A stretch of DNA of 64,000 nt from Leucoraja ocellata (lineage: Eukaryota), in NCBI GenBank assembly GCA_036785375.1, contig JAWMAR010000002.1:15190001-15254000 (forward strand), given 5' to 3'. The notes under the pieces are model-generated. The model had not been told where the DNA came from. It made no database searches and saw nothing but the letters and a program-made list of their open reading frames with translations. Every line of letters starts with the position of its first letter. Position 1 is the first letter of the stretch. Positions 24,256-64,000 of the stretch are shown piece after piece. Made by a program: the position numbers and the translations under genes.

Positions 24256-25164
24256 AAAACAGATGTACTCCATTTGGCCACACAAGGCTATTGCACCATT
24301 CAACAGATCATGGCTGATCTTATTTTGGCTTTGAAGTCATTCTGGTGGTACAGCATGGACTCATTGCCTGGTACGAAGAAATGCAAACACGAAGAAACAC
24401 TTAAACATCACTTACTGATTACATTGGAACAGAGGAGAACACGTCACATGAGAGGTGTTTAAAATTATGAAAGAATAGAGGCAGCACTAAAGAAAAGAGA
24501 CAATGGAAGAAGTTTGTTCTTGGTCACAAGATGTATACGCATTGTATAAAGACAGCAGAGTGTTATATCCTACTTCAATTCAACTCACTTTAATTTTAAA
24601 AGCAGAATGTTATGTAAACCTAGAACTACATTGTGTGACTGGTGCTACCAGCCAGGGTGTTTGTAGACCCTGCCGCCAGTGATTGAAAGCTTTTAACCTG
24701 AAAGATAAAGCAATGTAGGATTAAGTGGTGGAGGTTGAGAACTGGCAGCTGGACAAACCTTTTTTAGAAGGAGGGTTGTGATACCTCAGAATAAACTACC
24801 AGAGCTCATGACTTGCACCCACTGTGCCTGTACATCAGAGAAAGATAGATGTGTGGAAGGAAAGCAGCGTAAAGACATTACCTTGAATAGAATAGGCTAA
24901 GCAAACCGAAGTCTTGGGCCAAACTCTCCGTATATGTGCTATCATTGTCACCAATAAAGATTAATCCTTGATAATTAATTTTCAGTGTACACAAAATTGT
25001 CTTACAAAAGATGTTAGACATAATTGCAGTGCATTGATGTAGACACACTGGATGATCATTGCATGGGTCTATAATCATTATGTTAAAGCCCACATAACAG
25101 AAGCATTTATCAGGTAGGACTGTATAAGCTATGACATCCAACAGTTGGACACCTGTATGCCCCT

Positions 25165-25372
25165 TAGCTAGGATACACTATGGATCATTTCCAATTTGTA
25201 CCAAAACCAATTAACCTACAAACCTGTACATCTTTGGAGTGTTGGAGGCACCCAGAGAAAACCCACGCGGTCATGAGAAGAATGTACAACCTCTGTACAG
25301 GCAGCACCCATAGTCAGGATTGAACCCGGGTCTGTAAGGCAGCAAATCTTCCACTGCACCACCATGCTGGCC
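25165..25372 (-). mobile_element. V-SINE (partial)
   Basis: Reverse complement of the family, including the B-box region cccgggttcaatcctgac. Confidence 0.75.
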
Positions 25373-26479
25373 CTCTGTTTCAGGATCAATTAGTGAATAA
25401 AAGTAAGGAACCGTATGCACATTTTTCTGACATGCAGAATTACATTTCAAAACTTGTTGAATGTAATGTACTTGTACAAAATAAAACTCAGAGCAGTTTA
25501 GCTAGAAAACTGTTCTGGGTTTGATGATGAATTAGGACTTGCACACTCATTGACGTATTTTAAGTGCAGTTTTGTTTTCTTCTGGTATGTTGGGTTTTCT
25601 TCTTGTGCTGTTCCCTGTGCTGGACTTTTCTAGTTCTATGTTCTAATTGCAAAAGGAACTAGGATTCTAAAACAGAATGTTTGTCCTACACTTCCACTGG
25701 AGATGCAACAAGAGATGGATCCACCCAAGAAATCTTTTTAAAAAAAGCTAAAGCAACATGAGATCAATCTCCAAATTTGATTCATTTAATCCCGGGAACT
25801 ATTATGGACAGTAACTCTGTGAATGGACTGGAGAGATTGAATTCTTACCTGTTTTTGGACCACAAGGGTATGGAGAAAGTTTCATTCTTGATAAAGGACC
25901 CTGGAAATAGGAGCCTGGTCCTTCATTTCATTCTGCTATTGAATCAGGTCATGGCTGATCGCCATATCAATTCTGTTTCTTTTCAGGACCTTGTTACTGT
26001 CCCTGCAAAGAGATGATTGATTTTGGCATTGTGGGCCCATCCAGTGTTAACCCTAAGCTTTTGTCTGTCTGAAAAGGACCAGGTTTTGAGTTTGAGTCCC
26101 ATTGTGTGGATCCAATATAAACAAACTACGTACAAATTCATAAAACTAATGTGGCTAGTAAAATGATCACTTGTTATTCGGCCGTCCAGTAGCTCAGCAG
26201 GTTTTCTTGTGCACTGATTGATAGGGTGCCAGGTAACATCTGTCAACCTTCTGACTGCAGGGAGGGTGCAGAGCAGAGGCTAAGTGCTTATCCGCAGGAA
26301 GGAATGGAAATATTGGCAGGACTAGCCTCCCAGGTCTTCTGCTGTGTACAGTGTGACAGCTGTTCAAAGAACCCGAATGGTAGTGAAGCTATTTAATCAA
26401 CATTCGTATGTTCAATGGCGAATAAAACAAAGGTTCAGTGAAAAAACAATTAAAATTGTGGTTTCAAAAATTGTGGTTT

Positions 26480-26735
26480 GGGGCGGCACGTGTGTCTCAG
26501 TGGTAGAGTTGCTGCCTTACAGCACCAGAGACCCGGGTTCGATTCGGACTACCGGTGCTGCCTGTACGGAGATTGTGCGTTCTCCCTGTGACCACGTGGG
26601 CTTTCTTGGTTTGCTCCCGCACTCTACAGATTTGTAGGTTAATTAGCTAGTGTGTGTGGGGTAGTGTAGGTGTGCGGGGATTGCTGATCGGCATGGACTC
26701 AGAGGGCCAAAGGGCCTGTTTATCTCTAAACTAAA
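26480..26735 (+). mobile_element. V-SINE
   Basis: gggcggcacg...gtagagttgctgccttacagcaccagagacccgggttcgatt. Confidence 0.8.
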
Positions 26736-27159
26736 CATGAAAGTATTATGATAATCAGTGGTACTGGAGTGAAGTGGAGGTAGATCACAAATCCAACCCA
26801 AAAAAATACCTTGGTGATGAAGAGGGGGCAACAACAATGTCCCAACCAGCTGGATGAAGAGCTTATTAAAACAAATCTAATAATTCACTTTTGATTTTCC
26901 CATTACAAAACATCTTTCTATAGCCTATTTGTCTGCAGATAAAGTGAAGATACTACCTTGTGTATTTGTGTTGGCTTGTTGCTACTGAGGCTCTAGTGCA
27001 GCTGTGGCAGCTTTGCTGAGTCCCAAAGAAACCACTCAATGAGAACCTTTGGGACTGTGCTTCCAACATCGACCCCATTGACTTAAAAATAGGCAAAGCA
27101 GAAATGGCAAATCAAATCCAAATCTGCTTAAAGTGGTTGACTGGAATGTTTAGTCTGTG

Positions 27160-27372
27160 TAGTTTAGTTTAGAGGTACAGCGCGGAAACAGGCCCTTCGG
27201 CCCAACGAGTCCGTGCTGACCAGCGATCCCCGCACATTAACACTGTCCTACACCCTTTAGGGACAATTTACAATTTCACCAAGCCGATTAACCTACAAAC
27301 CCCGTAGGTCTTTGGACTGTGGGGGGGAAACCGGAGGACCTGGAGAAAACCCACGCAGGTCACGGGGAGAAC
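27160..27372 (-). mobile_element. V-SINE (3' two-thirds)
   Basis: tttagtttagaggtacagcgcggaaacaggcccttcggccc...gaaaacccacgcaggtcacggggagaac. Confidence 0.8.
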
Positions 27373-28743
27373 ATGCTTATGCAGTTTAATATAAAGTATT
27401 TCAGTAAACAAAGGAATGAGAGAAACCAACAAAATATACAGTAATTGTTCAACAAAGATGATGAATTGGAAGACTGTATTTGTGCTGAGCCAAGGTTTGT
27501 CTGACAGACAGCAGTCCACATTAACTTGGAACACACACTTGAGACTGTCATTGAGAACAGTCTCTTTTGTGCAGGGAGTATGAATGAAACAGATTCACAC
27601 TGGACGGAAACCACCCACATGCATCACCCAAAGTCATTTCAGAACGGTTTACTTTGGGCTTCAAACCCTCAATTACAGTACTGCTTTGAAACTTGCCCAG
27701 GTAGCCATTACTCTGTGCACACACCATCTCATTTCCTCAACTAGATCACAACCTTATAATCATTCCAAGACAACCATTTTTCTTGAATCATCTTCAAGTA
27801 TCCATTATTTCCCACATAATTTACAAAATGCTGCACTTCAAACAGCAAAGCATTCCTCTTTTCCCAGTCCTTCCTGTTACTTGATGTAAGATGCTTCCTA
27901 ATACTCGCCCCCCACCAAGCTATGGCACCCATTACATCATTTAATACTTACCATCCACTAGAATAGATGGGGCTGCTTTTTTGTTGCTGAATGTGAATTT
28001 GCCATTTTCTTGCGCTTTTGGATATGTGAGGCATTTGAGTATTCATAATCTCTTGTTTTTCCCAATGAAATTTCAATCTTTCTTGATGTCTGCCTGTACT
28101 CTTTATTCCTTGTTGTAGATTAGGGTTGGTGTGTGTTCATTCTGTTATGGTTAATGGATAATTATCGAATAACATTGACAGAGGTCTGCAGTGGAGAATG
28201 GATTCTGATGTTTGATGCCAAGGCATTAATGTTGTTATAGATAAGGATTTAAGGAGATGAAGGGAAATTTGTTTTTCAAGGATGTTGTGGCTTTACAGCA
28301 TGTTGGAACTGGCAGCTTGTTGTCTCGACAAAGATTCATGGCTATCATTCTCAATTGCTTATCTCTCTCCTTATAATTTCATGAGGCGCAGAGTACCTTC
28401 CACCCCACAGTTCACCTGTGTGATACAGCTTATGCAGATGGAGGGGTGCAACATTGACAAGGCCAACTATCATGTTAATTTGTTTGACGAAAGAGTTTGG
28501 TTGACCAGGAGGGCTTCTGTTGTGTTGTGTAATAATGCCTCGTAGACAAAAAGAAGGAACCGGACTTGTGTTAATGGCAGCATAAACTAAGCATTGAGAA
28601 AATAGCATGTGGTTGCAGGAACAAAGCCAGTCGAAGAAAGAAGCAGTTTCTCGTCCCTCCATGACTTTTTTTAAACTGGATATTGCATGGGCATTTGGGT
28701 ATGACAAGATGGGGTGTCAGCCAATTTTGATGTTTAGATATTC

Positions 28744-28752
28744 TGGGTGGTC
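28744..28752. promoter_or_regulatory. Perfect GLI consensus site (TGGGTGGTC) in intron 2
   Basis: Exact reverse complement of GACCACCCA. Ptch genes are established GLI targets; function here is untested. Confidence 0.5.
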
Positions 28753-29299
28753 CAGGCGAAAGAACAGGAGATAGCAAATAACTGTAATTTAGTTCACCAA
28801 TCCTATAATTATAGAGATAGTCCACATTTTGTTTGTTTGCAAAGTAATGAAAAGAACACAATTTGAAAAGGCTTTCCTGGCCAGCGGATCATTTGAAGCA
28901 TGGTTTAGTTCACAGCCTAAACCATCCAATCCACTAAGTTAAACTAAAAAATGAAATTGAAGCTGAACTGAAGTTTATGCAATGTTGGCAAAGTCACATG
29001 TCATTTCTTTTAAGTATAGAATTCGAAGAAATGTGTGGGGTTTTCATAGAGTTCCTGCCATAACCTCTCTGCTGGCCGCATAGTCTTTGAGTGTGGGGGG
29101 TACATTATCTATAGTGGTGGGATTTGAGATGCGAGCAGCTGGAGGTCAGTTCAACAGCTGGCAACCCACCAGCAATGACTTATGATACCCAAACACTGAT
29201 AGTGGCCACCCTTTCCAAGTTAAATAAAGATAATTGATCATGAAATTCCTTTTGTAAAATGCAGACTGAAAGCAGGGTTATGGTTTCTTGCTACAGTTT

Positions 29300-29606
29300 G
29301 GGGCGGCACAGTGGTTCAGCGGTAGAGTTGCTGCCTTACAGCGCCAGAGACCCGGGTTCGATCGTGACCACGGGTGCCGTCTGTACGGAGTTTGTATGTT
29401 CTCCCCGTGACCTGCATGGGTTTTCTCCGGGTGCTCCGGTTTCCTCCCACACTCCAAAGACGTACAGGTTTGGAGGTGAATTGGCTTTGGTAAAATTGTA
29501 AATTGTCCCTAGTGTGTGTAAGATGGTGTTAGTGTGCAGGAATCACTGGTGGGCCGAAGTTTCTGTTTCTGCACTGTATCTCTAAATAAAACTAAAACGA
29601 AACTAA
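29300..29606 (+). mobile_element. V-SINE (HE1-like), near full length
   Basis: A-box tggttcagcgg, B-box ggttcgatc, V-domain gggttttctccgggtgctccggtttcctcccacactccaaaga, tail ctgtatctctaaataaaactaaaa. Confidence 0.88.
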
Positions 29607-29799
29607 ACCATACTCTTAGCCATCCATGGGATTTTTTTAGGGTGGGGTGGGGGGAGGGGGGGGAAGTGTTGCATGTCCTCTTGAGATGCTGCCTGACCCA
29701 CCGAGTTACTCCAGCCAATTGCACAAGAATTTCTCAAGAAACAATTACTGTACATCCCACATTAGTAATAGGGTACCCCCCCATTTATTCCCTGTAACC

Positions 29800-30302
29800 C
29801 CCATTTCTCCCACTATCAAGTCCTCTTTCCTCTTCCCCCTGTCCCTTTCCACCCACGCTCCTTCCTCTGGCTTCGCACTTCGTGCCTCCTCTCTCCTCAC
29901 GTTACCCTTGTGGCTAAAGGGGTCAGGGGGTATGGAGAGAAGGCAGGGATGGGATACTGAGTTGGATGATCAGCCATGACCATATTGAATGGCGGTGCAG
30001 GCTCGAAGGGCCGAATGGCCTACTCCTGCACCTATTTTCTATGTTTATGTTTCTATGTTTACACCTTCTGTCTCCTTTGTCCACCTGTCAAAATCCCCCT
30101 ACCTGTATCCTCCCATCACTTGTCAGCTCTTTTCCAGTTGTCTCCCCACCCCACCCCCAATACCTGCAATCAGTCTGAAGAAGGGTCCCAACCTGAAACT
30201 TTGCCTATCCATGTCCTCTAGAGATGCTGCCTGACCCACTGAGTTACTCCAGCAATTTGTATTTTGTTGAAGAATCCAGCATCTAAAATTCCTTGTGTCT
30301 CC
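29800..30302 (+). mobile_element. Penelope-like 3'UTR plus terminal repeat, interrupted by a CR1 3' end (29905-30058)
   Basis: Pyrimidine-rich UTR, cagtCTGAAGAagggtcccaacctGAAActt at 30171, tail cagcatctaaaattcc. The CR1 tail ctattttctatgtttatgtttctatg lies inside. Confidence 0.7.
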
Positions 30303-31782
30303 ACATACTAATAATCTATATCTAAACCATCATGACATTGCCAAAATACATCTTCTTACCCTTTTGAAATAACAATGTTTTACGCTGCAGTTCTATATTT
30401 TAAGGTTAAATGGTACCAATGTAAAATAGAGAAAAAAGTAACTCAAATGCATGGCCGTAATTCCCATCACACGAAGAGCCAAATCAGAGGATGTTGCTGC
30501 CAATTAGTCTTCAACTGCACAGTCTTTATGTAAAAACACAAACAGATTAAACATCCTTTGCATAATACTTGAAATAAAATTCACTGTTGACTTTATTTTC
30601 ATCAAAATATTTTGTTGTTGTTTGTGAGAATCCACGATGTATAAATACCAGGTAAATGAGAGTGTGCTGCAGAGGCAACTTGCCTCTCCAAATCACTTTT
30701 AATGCAGCACCATGTATGCAGTGTTGGAGGTTTGCGCTGTTGTGAAAATCTAGGTGTGAAAACTGTAGAGATCAGAAGCCCAGTGGGTCCTAACCAAGCT
30801 CCATTCTAACCCCCACATGCGCCTATTACATTCCTACCCCATGGGCAGGTTGTAATTACTGCTAACATCTTTAATAGGTGCCCTGATGAAGGGGTCTTAA
30901 AAGGGTCAAAGTGTAACACTGCCTCTTCAAGAGTGCAGTGGTCGATTGATGCTTATGTTGACTGGAAATTATCTTAAGACAAACTATGTGCTTTGGCCAG
31001 GTTGAAGAGGGAGCAGCAGTTTGTAATTATCACAGAACTTTTATCAAATGAGACCATGTCTTCTTTAACGTGTAGCTTTTCAAATGGTTAATTTTTATCG
31101 TGCCTTGTTGTGTTTGGCCTGGTTAATCCCATTTTGGAATTTGAGGATATTTTCTCTTTCTTGTGAGCTTAAAGAGTTTGGCATTAAATCACATTGCTGA
31201 TTTTAAATAGGAATGGATTTCTTTTATTTTCTTTAAAGTTTCCAATTATTTGCTATTTCTTTTCAGAAATGCAACACGGTTTATCCATTTTCTGCGCCTC
31301 TAGTAAAATTAAATTGGGCTTATTTTACATGCAGGTCATTTAAGACAGCACACCAGAGGCTTCAATAAAACTGTTTGTGCCCATGGAGTTCTGACTGCTT
31401 AGTGTGGCCTGCATTTATTTCTCTCAGCTAAAAAAAAGGAAGATATTTTTAACAAGAATTTGTTTAATTCTGTTTTATTGCATATCTTTTTATTGCCTGC
31501 TGTGCCACATAGCTACCCCAAATCAAGTGGTGAAACGACTTGTTCCCAGTGTTGGTCTCTAACTGGCTGCTAAACGGTGCACGACCATTGCCTTTGAGAT
31601 TGACTCTCCATCCAATATCCCACCCCCACCCCATCCCCCACTCTACAGTGGAGAAAATTCAGTGGTTGAAGTCAAATGGCTCCCCTGTGAGGGAATTGCA
31701 AAGGAACACTTGGACTCTTGCCCAAGCTGGCCTTTTCAAAATAACACTCTTTGTGACATTACTTGTCCAGGTTTAAATTAAA

Positions 31783-31783
31783 G

Positions 31784-31814
<31 letters not shown>
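31783..31814. repeat. Poly-C tract
   Basis: About 30 consecutive C. Confidence 0.95.
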
Positions 31815-31815
<1 letters not shown>

Positions 31816-32127
31816 TCTCCAGTGCAGTGACAGAGTATTGGATCGTTTTAGTTCACAATATAGAATTACCATGCAAAACAAGAATGCATTTGAGTTGTGC
31901 TGGCAGAAAAATACAGAATATAGCACAATCAAAGCATAAGAGAATATGCAACAAATATTTGTGTAGAAAATCATCCATTCCTTTCACTGATGTACTCATG
32001 AAGTGGAGGTCTTATGCAAGATGTCAGTCGTTTGGTTTTGTGGCACATGGAAAACCCCTATGATGAATCTACAGTTTTATTCTCTACTGCGTAATATCAC
32101 AAACACTGAAAGCGAGGTGAGGTTTAA

Positions 32128-32432
32128 AGCCCCTGTCCCACTTAGGAAACCTGAACGGAAACCTCTGGAGACTTTGCGCCCTACCCAAGGTTTCCGTGTG
32201 GTTCAGATTCAGATTCAGATTCAATTTTAATTGTCATTGTCAGTGTACAGTACAGAGACAACGAAATGCATTGCCGGAGGTTCCCAGAGGTTTTTGTCAG
32301 TCTCCCTACCTGCTTCCACTACCTGCAACCTCCGGCAACCACCTGCAACCTCTGGGAACTGCACAGAAACCTTGGGTGGGGCGCAAAATCTCCAGAGGTT
32401 TCCGTTCAGGTTTCCTAAGTGGGACAGGGGCA
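32128..32432. mobile_element. Non-autonomous DNA transposon (MITE), PIF/Harbinger-like, about 76-bp TIRs, TAA TSD
   Basis: gcccctgtcccacttaggaaacctgaacggaaacctctggaga... is mirrored by ...tctccagaggtttccgttcaggtttcctaagtgggacaggggc. TAA at 32125-32127 and 32433-32435. Contains a LINE tail at about 32205-32272. Confidence 0.85.
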
Positions 32433-34164
32433 TAAGTTCCTGCATTAGGGCAGTGGTTGAGTTAAAATCTGATAGCAAAGGAAGGTGTCTCTGCAACGTT
32501 GCTATTAGTGGAATAAAAGTATAAATCTGTTGATCCTGCAATTCATGCAGGAAGACAGAGGGAGTAAGCAGTAGGGATAAGGCAACATTAACTCTCTGAC
32601 CTGCTTTTACACACACACACACTACTGGGAGAGCTAGATCAACAAACACGTGCTCGAAAAATGTTCCTTTAATAATTATACCTTCGGTAATCTACTTTAA
32701 AAACGTAAAGACTGCTTTTTATCCGGAAAAATTGAATGGTGCGGCATAAATGGAAGGTTTTGTTTAGGCTTTGACATAGATGTTCTTTGAGCAGGCCCTA
32801 CCACCCCCTAGTAGCACAAGTATTAAACTGCCAATCTAAAGAAGCAAGTAGACAGCAGTGTTTGGCTATCCACAGTAAGGGGAGGGAACTCAGCATCTGT
32901 CAGGATATTAAAAATAATGCTCCCTGTTTGTGGTCTTGCTCTATGATGCTGGCTTACCTCACATTGGACGTCTGCCAGCCTTTCAATTTGGAATGTGTTG
33001 TAGACTAAAGCATGTAGGAAATGGAGCCGTACTGTGGGGAAGTGGGAGCAGGGTTAGTTATCAGGGAATGAAAGTGAGAGGCATGCACCATACAAGCCAG
33101 GAAATGTCTTACGCACTCCAGGCCAAGAGAGGCTGTACTGTCTCAGTGTAGATTTTTATGAGTGAAATGACAGCTCAATACTGTAATCAAGGCTTGGACT
33201 GTTCTTCTTTTAAAGGCACACTGTGCTTTGTTTCGACTGATAGTCCATTTAGTGTCTTGCATTTGAGGATGTGGTGCACAGCAAAAACATTTAAGGGCAT
33301 CACCTCAAGTCTCAAAAACAATTTGCTGTTCCTGACAAAGATCGAATACTGTGGGAAGTTACTAGTTCAGGTCTACAAGTGTAGGGCAAGAAAAATATGT
33401 ATTTCCTTCTTGTGGATCATGTGATACTTATTTTGAATATCCAATCTTCTCTTGCAATCATTTTTCCATCTCGTTTGGCTTTCTCCAATTGATGCAGAGG
33501 GAATGAGGCTGACAGTTTGCGATGTACCACGGCATAAATAGTTCTTATGATTATTATTATTATTATTGTAGGTATTCAGGTTATTATTTTGCCTATATTA
33601 AGGAAATATTCTGGAGGGAAGAGATATAATTTATCATTGATACCAAAGCAACTGTAAAATATACAATTCCGTGTTTGAGATAACGTGACACACCAAATTT
33701 TGGTTACATTAAACAAATGTTTTATGCCCAAGAGTAAAGCTTGTACAGATAAATGCTTTCCGTGAACTATTTAAATAATGGATCACTTAGGCTTAAGGAT
33801 TTATCTCCCCCACCCTGAGATGCTTTAGTGTGGACATCTAGACAATATTGCTGCAAGCTTTGGGTCAGGCTGCAGGTGTCTTAAGTATAACCAGCCATTC
33901 CTTATGATCAGCTCACGGGGATTTTAAATGGAAGTGGTATCACTACAAACATGCGTAATTTGAAGAAGAGGTTATTAACATTATGGAGCAGATATTTGCT
34001 CTTTAAGTATCAGAATCTAACTTCCCAAGTCTTGAGATAATTGCACGATAAAATTATTTAAACTAAATGTGCCTTAATTCTAAGTTGACTAGAAGTTTTC
34101 AAGTCACTCATCTCCCATCTTTATGTGGGATTGTCCCATTAGTACCACTTTCTTCCATTGGTTT

Positions 34165-34472
34165 TTTAGTTTTGTTCAGTTTAGAGATACAGCGTGTAAA
34201 CAGGCACTATGGCCCACCGACTCTGCGCCGACCAGTAATCCCTGTATACTAGCACTATCCTACACACTAGGGACAATTTATCATTTTTACCGAAGCCAAT
34301 CAACCTACAAACCTGTACGTTTAGTGTAGGAGGAAACCGGAACACCCGGAGAAAACCCATGTGGTCACGAGGAGAATGTGCAAACTCAGTACAGACAGCA
34401 CCCGTCGTCAGGACTGAGCCCGGGTCTCTGCTGCCGTAAGGCAGCAACTCTACCGCTGTGCCAGCCTGCCGC
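34165..34472 (-). mobile_element. V-SINE
   Basis: Near-full reverse-complement copy about 300 bp upstream of exon 3. Confidence 0.85.
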
Positions 34473-34775
34473 TTATTGCCTATTAGGAATTAATTAAAGA
34501 TTGGTTTAAAATAATTTGGTTAAAGACACTTAAAGAGAAGACTTCCATTCCAACAGTCCAAGTTCCCAAAAGCGAAGAAGGGTTTTTTAATTGAACATGC
34601 CACTCTGACCAAAGCAAATATCGCAAGCCAGAGTTGGTTACTGTTGGCGGAACTGATGCTGGAGTGAGTGGATCTCTTGCCGAACAGGTTTCCAAGGTTT
34701 ATTGTCACAGTAATTACAGGTTAGATTTCCTGTTAATAACGTGGCTTAAATGTTCTTTCCTGTGTTTTCCTTCAG

Positions 34776-64000
<29,225 letters not shown>

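Noticed and set aside
29300-29375. tRNA-like sequence with A and B boxes
   Set aside because: It is the head of a V-SINE repeated more than 12 times in the window and continuing into the SINE body, so it is not a tRNA gene.
30883-30920. CTGATGA that could start another hammerhead
   Set aside because: No pairing stem II and no GAAA box follow.

Overview
This is eukaryotic (vertebrate) genomic DNA. The repeat landscape (HE1/V-SINE, CR1/HER1-type and Rex1/Babar LINEs, Penelope-like elements) suggests a cartilaginous fish, probably a skate or ray (inference). The only host gene is Patched-2 (ptch2, Hedgehog receptor) on the + strand. Thirteen coding exons, equivalent to vertebrate PTCH exons 3-15, lie between 34776 and the window end, all with GT-AG sites and matching phases. 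Bases 1-34775 appear to be a very long intron 2, and I did not find exons 1-2. Exon 3 carries a 1-bp frameshift, either an assembly error or a real lesion. The introns are dense with retroelement fragments. The most notable are more than 15 short Penelope-like (PLE) terminal-repeat copies. These carry a minimal type-I hammerhead ribozyme motif and are often inserted as inverted pairs with target-site duplications (TSDs). Other notable signals: a hairpin with compensatory base changes shared by two diverged CpG-rich repeats, two perfect GLI sites inside an identical 16-mer, and a PIF/Harbinger-type MITE with a nested LINE tail. There are two assembly gaps. I found no prokaryotic-type systems such as CRISPR arrays or operons. 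Repeat boundaries are approximate; exon boundaries were read base by base.
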